Shown: positions 1-9,693 of the stretch, piece after piece | How the letters are laid out: each line of letters begins with the position of its first letter | Position numbering within the stretch: position 1 is the stretch's first letter | NCBI GenBank assembly: GCA_036679605.1 | Contig: JAZDCZ010000259.1 | Location: 1 to 54,051 of the forward strand | Direction: 5' to 3' | Length of the DNA stretch: 54,051 bases | From: Gemmatimonadota bacterium | GTDB lineage: Bacteria; Gemmatimonadota; Gemmatimonadetes; Gemmatimonadales; GWC2-71-9 | Made by a program: the position numbers and the translations under genes | The notes under the pieces: generated by a model | Databases searched by the model: none | What the model was told of the DNA's origin: nothing | Seen by the model: the letters and a program-made list of their open reading frames with translations, nothing else

Positions 1-35
1 CCACGGTCACTGCTAGATCTCTGTTTCGGTGTCAT
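1..35 (-). CDS. Possible 5' end of a divergent gene running off the left edge (MTPKQRSSSDR...)
   Basis: Minus-strand ATG at 35-33, open to the edge; GGAGG 14 nt upstream (spacing rather long). Confidence 0.3.
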   Translation of the reverse strand, partial: MTPKQRSSSDR

Positions 36-165
36 GGCTAGGCTAGCTTCCTCCAGTCGCCAAGATACGCAACTTGCGAGAGAATGACGAATCCTGAGCC
101 ATCCCTTGCATGGCCCGGGGCTTCTTGGCCATTATGTCGTGCCCTAACCAGGACCGATCGAACTC

Positions 166-1908
166 ATGGAACAGTCACTGCGGCACTTCATCGAGGCCTT
201 CTCCAGCTTCGTCTGGGATACGGGGATCCCTCTGGGCGACGAGAAGATCCCCTTTGTCGTCATAGCACTGGTCGGGGTCGGCATCTTCTTGACGCTCCGC
301 CTCGGCTTCGTCCAGATACGCCACCTGGCACACGGATTCGCAGTCACGTCCGGCAAGTACGACGACCCGAACGAGCCCGGCGACGTGTCCCACTTCCAGG
401 CGCTGACGACGGCACTCTCGGCCACCGTCGGCATTGGCAACATTGCGGGAGTGGCGATCGCTCTTCACTGGGGGGGGCCCGGAGCACTGTTCTGGATGTG
501 GGTCACAGCCGCACTTGGCATGGCTACCAAGTTCACCGAAGTGACCCTGGCGCAACGCTACCGCAGCGTGGAGAAACTCGGCCCCGACGCACATAAGTGG
601 GAGGGATCGGTCTCGGGCGGACCGATGTACTACATCGAGCGCGGACTGGGACCCAAGTGGAAACCACTCGCGATTGCTTTCGCCGCGATTCTGGGCATCA
701 CGGCATTTTTCACCGGCAACGCGATCCAAGCCAACACGGTGGCCGACACCATGAACACTACGTTCGGAGTTCCCGCGTGGATCACCGGACTTATCACCTC
801 GGTTGTAGTCGCCACGGTTATCCTGGGAGGCATAAGCCGGATCGGAAAGGTCACCAGTATCCTCGCGCCGGTAATGGCGGCGATCTACGTGACGGGTGCG
901 GGAGTTATCATTCTGCTCAACATCGACCAACTATTGCCGGCCTTCATGCTGATTTTCCGCGAGGCGTTCAATCCAACCGCTGGCGTAGCAGGAACCGGAG
1001 TCGGTGCCGTTCTCGTGACGATGATGTGGGGCGTCAAGCGCGGGCTGTTCTCCAACGAAGCGGGCCAGGGCTCGGCTCCGATAGCGCACGCAGCAGCCAA
1101 GACCGATGAGCCGGTGTCGGAGGGAGTGGTCGCTTTGATCGAGCCTTTCATCGACACGATTGTGATCGTGACCATGACGGCGCTCGTCATAATCATGACA
1201 GGCGTATGGAACCAGAGAATCCCCACGGAAATCACACTTGGTGGCGGAGACATCTCCTATGTCACCTACGACGACGCCGGCAAGCGCGAGCAAGTACCGG
1301 CACCCTCAGAGCTACGCTTTGAGGATGGGAGACCGGTAGGTACGGCAGCAGGATCCGTACAGCTTGCCTGGCATGAGGTCTCCGTTGAGCGGCTGTACAC
1401 GGATGCGGGCCAAACTGCTCCATTCACTGGTGTGGTTCGTCCTGACCAGGGGACCGCCGAATCTGCTGACGGTTCTACGTACCCCGTACTGCACGGTGAC
1501 GCAGCCGAGAACGGTGCGCCGCTAACGGTGTTGGGCTTCCAACGTGGCCTGGGGGATTGGGCTCAATACATCGTTGTGATCAGCGTGCTACTTTTTGCGA
1601 TCTCGACCGCCATCTCTTGGAGTTACTATGGCGACCGCTGCGCCAGGTATCTGTTCGGAGCCAAAGCCGTGTTGCCGTACAAGATCGTTTACGTTCTCAT
1701 GCACTTCGTGGGCGCGGTGCTCGCACTGTCGGTCATCTGGGACATGGGCGACGTGTTCTTAGGCATAGTGATCCTGCCCAATCTGTTGGCGCTCATAATT
1801 CTGTCGCCCAAGGTCGCCGAGATGAGCAAGAGCTACTTCGAGCGCAAACCATGGATCGAGAACGCCGAGGTACACAGGCGTCTAAAAGAGGAGCACAAGC
1901 TCCACTAA
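166..1908 (+). CDS. Alanine/glycine:cation symporter (AGCS family)
   Basis: Motifs ATVGIGNIAGVA, GGPGALFWMW, GGPMYYI, RGLFSNEAGQGSAPIAHAAA; many TM segments plus a large hydrophilic loop. Confidence 0.95.
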   Translation: MEQSLRHFIEAFSSFVWDTGIPLGDEKIPFVVIALVGVGIFLTLRLGFVQIRHLAHGFAVTSGKYDDPNEPGDVSHFQALTTALSATVGIGNIAGVAIALHWGGPGALFWMWVTAALGMATKFTEVTLAQRYRSVEKLGPDAHKWEGSVSGGPMYYIERGLGPKWKPLAIAFAAILGITAFFTGNAIQANTVADTMNTTFGVPAWITGLITSVVVATVILGGISRIGKVTSILAPVMAAIYVTGAGVIILLNIDQLLPAFMLIFREAFNPTAGVAGTGVGAVLVTMMWGVKRGLFSNEAGQGSAPIAHAAAKTDEPVSEGVVALIEPFIDTIVIVTMTALVIIMTGVWNQRIPTEITLGGGDISYVTYDDAGKREQVPAPSELRFEDGRPVGTAAGSVQLAWHEVSVERLYTDAGQTAPFTGVVRPDQGTAESADGSTYPVLHGDAAENGAPLTVLGFQRGLGDWAQYIVVISVLLFAISTAISWSYYGDRCARYLFGAKAVLPYKIVYVLMHFVGAVLALSVIWDMGDVFLGIVILPNLLALIILSPKVAEMSKSYFERKPWIENAEVHRRLKEEHKLH

Positions 1909-1923
1909 GTCGGGTAAGGGAGC

Positions 1924-3381
1924 CTACACACTGTAGTTGGGAGACTCGCGCGTGATCACGACATCGTGCGGGTGAGACTCGCGCTGTCCGGCCGGAGTCA
2001 CCTGGACGAACTCGGTATTGCACCGCAGTTCGTCCAGCGTGGCCGCTCCGCAGTAACCCATCCCGCTCCGGACACCGCCCACTATCTGATAGATCACATC
2101 GCCAACCGGCCCGCGGTATGGCACTCGCCCCTCTATGCCCTCCGGCACGAGCTTGCGTAACGACGCGTCGTTTTCCTGGAAATAGCGGTCTGCCGACCCA
2201 TCTTGCATCGCTGAAAGCGACCCCATGCCGCGCACGGTCTTGAAGCGGCGGCCTTCGAGCAGGAAGCTCTCGCCCGGGCTCTCCTCCGTGCCGGCGAGCA
2301 TCGAGCCGAGCATTACCGCCGACGCACCTGCCGCGAGAGCCTTGACCGCATCGCCTGAATATTTGATACCACCGTCCGCTATGACGGGGACATCGCTCGA
2401 CCCGCGCACTGCCTCCACCACCGCCGTTATCTGCGGCATACCCACTCCCGTAACCACGCGCGTCGTACAGATCGAACCGGGCCCGATGCCGACCTTGATT
2501 CCGTCGATTCCCCTTTCCACCAACGCCATGGCCCCTTCGTAGGTTGCCACGTTGCCGCCGACTAGCTGCGCATCGGGAAAGGCGTTGCGAATCTTCTCGA
2601 TCGTCAACAACACACCGTCTGAATGTCCGTGCGCCGAGTCGATCACGATCGCGTCAGCCCCGGCGTCCAGCATTGCCTCTGCTCGCGGACGCGAGTCATC
2701 ACCTATGCCTACAGCACCCGCCACTCGCAGTCGCCCGTGTTGATCTTTATTGGCGTTGGGATGTTCCCGTCGTTTGAAGATGTCCTTTACAGTTATGAGA
2801 CCCTTCAGAATTCCTTCGGCGTTCACTACGGGCAACTTTTCTATGCGATGCTTGCCCAGTAGCTGCTCGGCCTGATCGAGAGTGGTTCCTTCCGGCGCGG
2901 TGACTAGGTTCTCTTTCGTCATCACCTCGTCTATCGTCCGGTCCATCTTCCGCTCGAACTGCAGGTCCCGATTGGTGATTATTCCGATGAGGTGACCTCG
3001 ATCATCAACGATCGGGACTCCGGAGATCTTGAACCGTGCCATGAGAGCCGCGGCCTCACCCAACGGACGATCCGGACCGAGTGTGATCGGATCCAAGATC
3101 ATGCCGCTCTCCGACCGCTTTACTCTATCAACCTCGGCTGCCTGGCGCTCAACGGTCATGTTCTTGTGAATGACCCCGATGCCGCCCTCACGAGCAATTG
3201 CAATCGCCATCTCCGCCTCGGTCACCGTGTCCATCGCCGCAGACACGAGGGGGATGTTCAATTCTATTCCTCGAGTGAGCCGACCCGTGACGTTTACATC
3301 TCTAGGGTGCACCGTCGAGTGGCGCGGTACCAGCAATACGTCGTCGAAAGTCAGGGCATGTCCGGAACGCAACTTGGCCAT
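1924..3381 (-). CDS. guaB: IMP dehydrogenase with CBS domains
   Basis: [19 protein letters not shown], catalytic [25 protein letters not shown] at 3381 preferred over the ORF-track start. Confidence 0.97.
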   Translation of the reverse strand: MAKLRSGHALTFDDVLLVPRHSTVHPRDVNVTGRLTRGIELNIPLVSAAMDTVTEAEMAIAIAREGGIGVIHKNMTVERQAAEVDRVKRSESGMILDPITLGPDRPLGEAAALMARFKISGVPIVDDRGHLIGIITNRDLQFERKMDRTIDEVMTKENLVTAPEGTTLDQAEQLLGKHRIEKLPVVNAEGILKGLITVKDIFKRREHPNANKDQHGRLRVAGAVGIGDDSRPRAEAMLDAGADAIVIDSAHGHSDGVLLTIEKIRNAFPDAQLVGGNVATYEGAMALVERGIDGIKVGIGPGSICTTRVVTGVGMPQITAVVEAVRGSSDVPVIADGGIKYSGDAVKALAAGASAVMLGSMLAGTEESPGESFLLEGRRFKTVRGMGSLSAMQDGSADRYFQENDASLRKLVPEGIEGRVPYRGPVGDVIYQIVGGVRSGMGYCGAATLDELRCNTEFVQVTPAGQRESHPHDVVITRESPNYSV

Positions 3382-3398
3382 ACCTGCCGTCAGTACGC

Positions 3399-3431
3399 AA
3401 AAACCCGCCGCGCGCAAAGCGTCGGGCGGGT
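3399..3431 (-). terminator. Intrinsic terminator-like hairpin just upstream of guaB
   Basis: Minus strand ACCCGCC...GGCGGGT stem followed by a T-run. Confidence 0.5.
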
Positions 3432-3488
3432 CAATTCAAGGTGTGTTGGGATATCCATGGGGGAAGGTACCCGCGAGACTACGGGGGG

Positions 3489-3866
3489 TCAAGATGAGGC
3501 GGGCGGCTCCGTGTCCTTCTCAGCCACCTCTTGTTCGTCATTTTCCGCTGGGTCAGATGTATCATCCGGCGAACTCGGTTCGGCCTCATCGGGCTTTCCA
3601 GTCCGCTGCAAACCGTCGACAACCGCCCTGCCCGCAGCTGCTACGCCTCGCACCACGCTCTCCGCCGTATCAATTACCTGAGCGGGCCCAGCTACCCCGA
3701 GCGTTCCCTCGATGTTATCGGCCAGACGCTCGAGCACTGTGCGATCTCTGCTACTGCGATTGTATTTCGATCGTAGAAACTCGATGTAATCGAGCAACTG
3801 TCTCCCGGATTCATCGGACAGTTCCTCCAATTTTCCGCTGATCTTTCCAATAAGTCGTTCATTCAT
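3489..3866 (-). CDS. Hypothetical protein (DUF2281-like N-terminus, acidic tail)
   Basis: LLDYIEFLRSKY segment; lies in the same-strand run with the SH3 gene. Confidence 0.65.
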   Translation of the reverse strand: MNERLIGKISGKLEELSDESGRQLLDYIEFLRSKYNRSSRDRTVLERLADNIEGTLGVAGPAQVIDTAESVVRGVAAAGRAVVDGLQRTGKPDEAEPSSPDDTSDPAENDEQEVAEKDTEPPASS

Positions 3867-3876
3867 CTTAGTCGCC

Positions 3877-4896
3877 TCATTGTTCTCGTAACGTAAGATC
3901 CAACAGCTCTACCACAGGATTGCCGAGATACTTAGACCGGGCCGTCTTGACCCGTACAAGAACCACTATCTGGGAGAGCGGCGTCAGTTGTTCGACTTCG
4001 TCCAACTGGTCTGTCGAAATCATGACGTACACAAATCCTGCTTCCGGCAACGGACCTCGCGTCAGTATGTACTTCCGACCCAACGGAATCTCACTACGAA
4101 GTTCGTCGGCCACCTGGATCGCCAAATACTGTAGTGTCCATTGCAAGACCTCCCCTTCATATTCCCGGGGGCTGGCCCGTACCTCAGCGCCGCTGACACC
4201 AACAAGGACTCCGGGAGTCTGGGGCTTCAAGTCGGTCTCCCGCACCCAACCTTCGGTTTGGACACGTACCCACTCACCCGACCGCGCGAGCACTTTAACG
4301 GGAGCGTCCTCGCTGAGTGTAGCAGTCTGATCACCCTCTGGAACAGCCAAGAGTGGAGCGGAATGAGCCACCATCGCACGTTCCAGATTTATTGCAGAAT
4401 CACCGGCGATCCGGCCAGACGATTGTGCTCCGGTAGCGGTCTCCCTCACTCGCTCCAAAGACGCAGACCACATCCATCCCGAACGCAGTACCTGAATCCA
4501 CTGACCATTGCGATCGACTCGCGAGAGTAGGGCTCCCTCAGACAAGCGTCCCACTATCGTCCCGTTGGGACCGCTGCGCAGATTTTCACCGCCTCTGGCA
4601 GTTACACGCAAATCGAATTCACCCTGATCGATTGAACTCAACGATCTCGCCCAAACCCAGCCTGCCAACGTGACCGGTGTCCAATCGCCGTTGGCCGGAT
4701 CGCCTTTCAGTTTGGTTCCCTTGGAAACCCGGGCCAATACCGGAGCAGTCGTTGATGGCGATCGACGGAAATTCTCTGCACTCGTGACAGTGTAGCCCAC
4801 CTGTGCGTGTAGATGGGCCGGGCAGACTACTGAGCCGAGAGCAACAGCGGCAAGGTAGGCTGGTAGGAGCAGGGGGAGGCGGCTAGATTGCCACAT
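3877..4896 (-). CDS. Secreted protein with several bacterial SH3-like repeats
   Basis: Signal peptide ending AHLHA-Q; repeats ENFRRSP/ENLRSGP...GDW/GQW/GEW..GWV; start 4896 inferred. Confidence 0.75.
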   Translation of the reverse strand: MWQSSRLPLLLPAYLAAVALGSVVCPAHLHAQVGYTVTSAENFRRSPSTTAPVLARVSKGTKLKGDPANGDWTPVTLAGWVWARSLSSIDQGEFDLRVTARGGENLRSGPNGTIVGRLSEGALLSRVDRNGQWIQVLRSGWMWSASLERVRETATGAQSSGRIAGDSAINLERAMVAHSAPLLAVPEGDQTATLSEDAPVKVLARSGEWVRVQTEGWVRETDLKPQTPGVLVGVSGAEVRASPREYEGEVLQWTLQYLAIQVADELRSEIPLGRKYILTRGPLPEAGFVYVMISTDQLDEVEQLTPLSQIVVLVRVKTARSKYLGNPVVELLDLTLREQ

Positions 4897-4961
4897 TCTT
4901 CTCAACAATGTGAGGATTTTAGGAGGAAGCAGTCGGGATGTCAAACGTCTTTCGTGCCAGT

Positions 4962-5678
4962 GTGAAACAACTCTTAGCCTTGGCCATGCTGGCTGGGACA
5001 ATGTCCGTAACGCCAGAGGTGATTTGGGGACAGGTCGGACATCCCCCTGGATCGTCACCTTACCAAACCATTCGCGCAAGAAAAACGCTGTACCTAACGG
5101 CTGGAGCCTTCGGAGGCTCGGCCGGCAGGGTTGGGGTGGGCCCCAAAGACGGCACTTTAATAGGCGCGAAATTTGGCTTCCACCCCGGTGGACCCGTCGA
5201 GTTCGTCTTCGGAGTCGGTTCCATGAGCCTCGACCGCACCATCATCGATCCGACGCAGGACTCGACCAGCCGGACTCTGAAAACAGTATCGCAGACCGTC
5301 AAACTCTGGGACGTCGGTGTCGACGTGCGACTGACTGGTGCTAAGTCCTGGCACCGCTTGGCTCCATATGGTGGACTTACATTCGGCATCGCAACTGGAT
5401 CAAAGGTTAGCGCCGACACATTGAGTGGCTTCGGCTTTTCAACTCAATTCCAATTCGGCCCGCAAGCTGGTGTTCTGTGGTACCTATCTGACAAGTTCAA
5501 TCTCAGGTTCGAGGCCCGAGACGTTCTTTGGAGATTAAAGTACCCAGATGTTTTCTTTGCGACACCGGTAAATGCTCCCAACGAACCGTCTATTCTGAAT
5601 GGGAACATCGACAAAAATACACAGTGGGTTCATCACCCTTTGCTCACCATTTCACTTGGATACGCTTTAGGGTTCTGA
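4962..5678 (+). CDS. Outer-membrane beta-barrel protein
   Basis: Signal peptide, alternating amphipathic strands, C-terminal LGYALGF; GTG start at 4962 inferred. Confidence 0.7.
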   Translation: MKQLLALAMLAGTMSVTPEVIWGQVGHPPGSSPYQTIRARKTLYLTAGAFGGSAGRVGVGPKDGTLIGAKFGFHPGGPVEFVFGVGSMSLDRTIIDPTQDSTSRTLKTVSQTVKLWDVGVDVRLTGAKSWHRLAPYGGLTFGIATGSKVSADTLSGFGFSTQFQFGPQAGVLWYLSDKFNLRFEARDVLWRLKYPDVFFATPVNAPNEPSILNGNIDKNTQWVHHPLLTISLGYALGF

Positions 5679-5681
5679 CGG

Positions 5682-6377
5682 TTGGACTTTTTTGCCGATG
5701 GCCTACGCCGTGGCGCGAACCTGATTTTTTCAGGTGATGCCGAAGTATTCGGAATAACCCTCCTTTCGCTCCGCATAGCCATTATTGCAGCAACAGTCGC
5801 CAGTGCTATCGGTGTTCCTCTTGGTTTCTTTGTCGGCACCACGCGCTTTTCGGGCCGGCGAGTCGCCATTACCGTCCTCAACACGATGCTGGCCTTCCCA
5901 ACTGTCGTCGTGGGTCTGTTGATTTGGGGATTGCTCACCCGCAGCGGGCCGTTGGGATCGACGGGACTGCTATATACATGGTGGGCAATCGTTATCGCCG
6001 AAATCATCTTGGCCGTACCCATTGCGGCAGCCCTAACGGCCGCTGCAGTCCAAGGTATCGACCCTCGGGTCCGCCGTACTGCGTTGACGTTGGGAGCGGG
6101 ATTCCTCAAGACTCAGATCGCCGTCGCACGAGAGGCCCGGTTTGCGATTCTGGCGGCGGTAGTCGCGTCATTCGGACGGGTACTGGCAGAATTGGGCGCC
6201 GCGATGATCGTGGGCGGCAACATTCTCCACCACACACGAACTCTTACGACTGCAGTGGCTCTCGCAACGTCACAGGGAGACTTTGCCCTCGCCATGGGTC
6301 TGGGACTCGTCTTATTGGCTCTCGCCTTTACGGTTAATGTGCTCCTACAACTACTGCAAGGTCGTGGCGATGCTTGA
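5682..6377 (+). CDS. tupB: Tungstate/molybdate ABC transporter permease (TupB-like)
   Basis: PTVVVGL, ALTLGA, FGRVLAELGAAMIVGGNI..TRTLTTA. Confidence 0.85.
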   Translation: MDFFADGLRRGANLIFSGDAEVFGITLLSLRIAIIAATVASAIGVPLGFFVGTTRFSGRRVAITVLNTMLAFPTVVVGLLIWGLLTRSGPLGSTGLLYTWWAIVIAEIILAVPIAAALTAAAVQGIDPRVRRTALTLGAGFLKTQIAVAREARFAILAAVVASFGRVLAELGAAMIVGGNILHHTRTLTTAVALATSQGDFALAMGLGLVLLALAFTVNVLLQLLQGRGDA

Positions 6378-7365
6378 GGCCAACGATCTTCAGCACAATT
6401 ACGGCAATCGGCAAGTCCTGAACATCGATCACTTCGAACTGCCGACCGCTAGTGTTACCGCACTGACGGGCGCGAACGGGTCCGGCAAAAGCACGTTGCT
6501 CAGAATCTTGGCGTTTTTGGAAAAACCGACGAACGGGCAGATTTCTCTCAATGGACAGTTGGTCCAGACCAGGCAAGAGAAGGGCGAGGCGCGTAAATCT
6601 GTGACTATGGTCGAGCAGCAGCCGCTGCTCTTTGGCGGAACTGTACAGCAAAATTTGAAGTACGCCCTAGGTCTAAGAGGCATTCATGGACGAGACGCAA
6701 CGGAACGAATATCAGTTGCCTTCGAACGTCTGAGTATTGCAGACTTATCCGAGCAGCGCGCTCGATCTCTGAGTGACGGACAGATCCAACGCGTTGCCAT
6801 AGCTCGCGCAGTTGTGCTTCGGCCAATGGTCCTGCTACTGGACGAGCCCGTCTCGGCTGCCGACGGCGCCGCGTCCGCTCAACTTTTCAAGGTGTTGAAA
6901 GAGGAGACAGGTAACGGTACTGCTATCTGCTTCGCATCCCATCAATTAGAGCACGCTTTTCGCTGGTCGGAACGAATTATCTCACTCACGGATGGACGCA
7001 CGGGCACTCTAACGCCTGAGAACTTATTTCGCGCGACATTGCCGGCAGGGACCGGGCTGCGCACGATCAAAATCGGGACGTTAGAGCTTCAAATAGTGAC
7101 CGACAAGTCGGGCCCCGTCACGTTGGTACTTCCGCCGGACGAAATAATGCTGAGCCGCCATAGGTTGGAATCGAGCGCGCGGAATCAGTTCGAAGGGCAA
7201 GTGAGGCAGCTTTCCGACGACGGTCACGGCAGTGTAACTCTCAACGTCGACGTTGGAATCGACCTTGCCGTCAGAGTCACTCGCCAAGCGCTGGATGATC
7301 TGGACATCTCACTTGGCTCTGCGGTAGTTCTGTCCATCAAGGCCATGGCCGTGCGCGTGGTCTAA
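6370..7365 (+). CDS. ABC ATPase with C-terminal TOBE domain (TupC/ModC-like)
   Basis: Walker A GANGSGKS, signature LSDGQ, LLLDEP, TOBE motif SSARN; ATG 6370 overlaps the tupB end. Confidence 0.85.
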   Translation: MLEANDLQHNYGNRQVLNIDHFELPTASVTALTGANGSGKSTLLRILAFLEKPTNGQISLNGQLVQTRQEKGEARKSVTMVEQQPLLFGGTVQQNLKYALGLRGIHGRDATERISVAFERLSIADLSEQRARSLSDGQIQRVAIARAVVLRPMVLLLDEPVSAADGAASAQLFKVLKEETGNGTAICFASHQLEHAFRWSERIISLTDGRTGTLTPENLFRATLPAGTGLRTIKIGTLELQIVTDKSGPVTLVLPPDEIMLSRHRLESSARNQFEGQVRQLSDDGHGSVTLNVDVGIDLAVRVTRQALDDLDISLGSAVVLSIKAMAVRVV

Positions 7366-7384
7366 CGCCAGCGTAGATTGTGAT

Positions 7385-7810
7385 ATGACTACCGTGCATC
7401 TCACTCGGGTCGTGAATTTCTCTGCTGCTCACCGATACTTCAGGCCGGACTGGACGGCCGAGCGCAATATGGAGGTGTTTGGTGAGTGTGCCAACGAACA
7501 TGGCCACGGACATTTCTACAAGTGCAGCATTACGATATCGGGCACTGTATCAAGCGAAACGTCGATGATAATGAGCCTGACAGATCTGGATGCCGCGATC
7601 CGTGAGGAGATTTCACAACGATTCGACCATCGGCACATCAATTATGACGTACCGGAATTCAAATTTGGCAAGGAGATCCCTACGGTTGAGGCACTGGCAG
7701 TATTTATTTGGAACCGGATGATCGATCGCATGCCTGACTCGACGAAGCTGGAGTGTGTTCGCGTCCAGGAGGGACCACATCTTTATGCAGAATACCGGGG
7801 GGACAGATGA
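7385..7810 (+). CDS. 6-pyruvoyl-tetrahydropterin synthase / QueD family protein
   Basis: FSAAH, CANEHGHGHFY, FDHRHIN, PTVE. Confidence 0.9.
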   Translation: MTTVHLTRVVNFSAAHRYFRPDWTAERNMEVFGECANEHGHGHFYKCSITISGTVSSETSMIMSLTDLDAAIREEISQRFDHRHINYDVPEFKFGKEIPTVEALAVFIWNRMIDRMPDSTKLECVRVQEGPHLYAEYRGDR

Positions 7811-7855
7811 GACACTTCACCGGTTGGCAGTCGTGCAAGAAACGGAGGTAGCGGT

Positions 7856-8458
7856 ATGCGTGGCGCTGTTCTAGCAGGCGGAAACGCCAGTCGGTTTGGC
7901 GGTAGCCCTAAAGGACTGGAGTCGGTGGGAGGTGAACGAATCTTGGACCGCGTGGTCCGATCGGTGCACGCCGCTACTGGTTCCTCTCCTCTCTTGGTGG
8001 CGAATTCACCTGAGGCTCCAGACTGGAACCCCGATCTCGAAGTGGTGCAAGATGCTATACGAAACTGCGGGAGCTTGGGCGGTATCTACACAGCACTGAC
8101 AGCCGGCGAGGGACCGGTCCTGGTTGTCGCCTGGGACATGCCGTTCATCAGTGCAGACCTATTGAAGGCCCTCATCGAATCCTCCAACGACTACGATGCC
8201 TATTTGCCGATGAACGGTGACTCAGGCGAAGTGGAGCCACTCTGCGCCGTATACGGGCCGGCATGTAGAGGCCCTATCCGAGAACGTCTGGCCGGTGAGG
8301 ATTTTCGAGCATCCGGCTTCCTGCACGAGGTTAGGTCGGGGACACTCCAACCCGAAGAAACCGAACGGCACGGTGATCCGAAGACCTTGTTCTTCAACGT
8401 GAACACGGCTGCGGACCTCGCTACTGCTGAAGACATGTGGCGGAGTCTCCAAGAGTAG
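7856..8458 (+). CDS. mobA: Molybdenum cofactor guanylyltransferase
   Basis: LAGG..SRFG..K, GSLGGIYTAL, AWDMPF, EPLCAVY, FFNVNT. Confidence 0.92.
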   Translation: MRGAVLAGGNASRFGGSPKGLESVGGERILDRVVRSVHAATGSSPLLVANSPEAPDWNPDLEVVQDAIRNCGSLGGIYTALTAGEGPVLVVAWDMPFISADLLKALIESSNDYDAYLPMNGDSGEVEPLCAVYGPACRGPIRERLAGEDFRASGFLHEVRSGTLQPEETERHGDPKTLFFNVNTAADLATAEDMWRSLQE

Positions 8459-8459
8459 G

Positions 8460-9684
8460 ATGCTCTCGAGGATAACTCCCACCGAAGCAGTAGACATCAT
8501 TACGGCGGCTGTTGCTCCCCTTTCTACCGAGACAGTAGCACTATCGACTGCACTCGGCCGCGTCCTGGCCACCGACGTGAGCAGTCTCATCGATCTGCCT
8601 TATTGGGACAATTCCGCGATGGACGGCTACGCCGTGAGAAGTCACGACATCGTCGGACGATGTCCGGTGGAGCTGGATATCGTTGAGCGGATTCCGGCCG
8701 GAACGACTCCCGTGCTCACGGATTTTCACGGGAGCGCCGATACCGCAAGGTGCGGATAGCGTGGTGAGACAGGAACATACTACGCAGGTAAATAACAGAC
8801 GTGTCAGAGTAGACGAAGAAACTGACGCTTGTGCCAACATACGCCTCCGCGGCGAAGACATCCTGCAGGGGTCGGTGGCTTTGACAAGTGGATCACAACT
8901 TGGCGCCGCACACATAGGGGTTCTTGCGTCCCTAGCCGAGACCTACGTTTGCGTGTACCGCAGGCCGACAGTGGCAGTAATGGCCACTGGCGACGAAATA
9001 GCCGACTTGGCAGAGCGAGAGGCCATTCTGGCGGGCAAGAAGATCGCATCGTCGAACACCTACACTTTGACCTCAATGGTGCAGCAGGCGGGGGGCGAAG
9101 TGATCAACCTGGGGATAGCCTCCGATGATCCCACCGACCTGCGGAAACGCATTGCCACAGCCGCAGACGCCGATCTTCTAATCACGTCGGGCGGCGTAAG
9201 CGTCGGCGAGCACGATTATCTCAGACCGGTGCTCCAAGAAATGGGCGCCGACATGAAGTTCTGGCGCATACGAATGAGGCCCGGTGCGCCAGTCGGTTTC
9301 GCGGTATTGAACGGCCTTCCGTGGATAGGACTACCCGGCAATCCCGTAAGCTCGATGGTAGGCTTCGAACTCTTCGTGAGGCCTGCCATCCGCAAAATGC
9401 TTGGGCATGAAAAACTGTTTCGCTGCACCTTTCCGGTTACGACAGAGGACGAAATTCATCTCAAGGCACCGCTGTGTCATTTCCTGCGCATCGTAGTCAC
9501 AGAACGGGATGGCAAACGCTACGCGAGTCTCACGGGGGCGCAGGGATCGGGGATTCTCAGCTCGATGGCAGCAGCGAACGCTCTGATGATTGTCCCCGAG
9601 GACAATCTTGACGTGGAGCGAGGTTCAGAATTGAACGCAATGTATCTGGAAGAGTCACGGCACGTTGGCGCCGCGCCGTTCTAA
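8460..9684 (+). pseudogene. moeA: Molybdopterin molybdotransferase MoeA split by a frameshift near 8712 (pseudogene or assembly error)
   Basis: First frame has GRVLA..DNSAMDGYAV..IPAG; the +1 frame continues CSRIFTGAP.P.GAD, TGDE, SGGVSVG, LPGNP. Confidence 0.85.
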
Positions 9685-9693
9685 TAGAATTAC

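Noticed and set aside
36..165. Glycine riboswitch upstream of the AGCS symporter
   Set aside because: Conserved aptamer elements (GGAGA...CCGAAG...CUCUCAGG) are not present
8700..8725. Programmed ribosomal frameshift in moeA
   Set aside because: No slippery sequence, and residues appear to be missing at the junction
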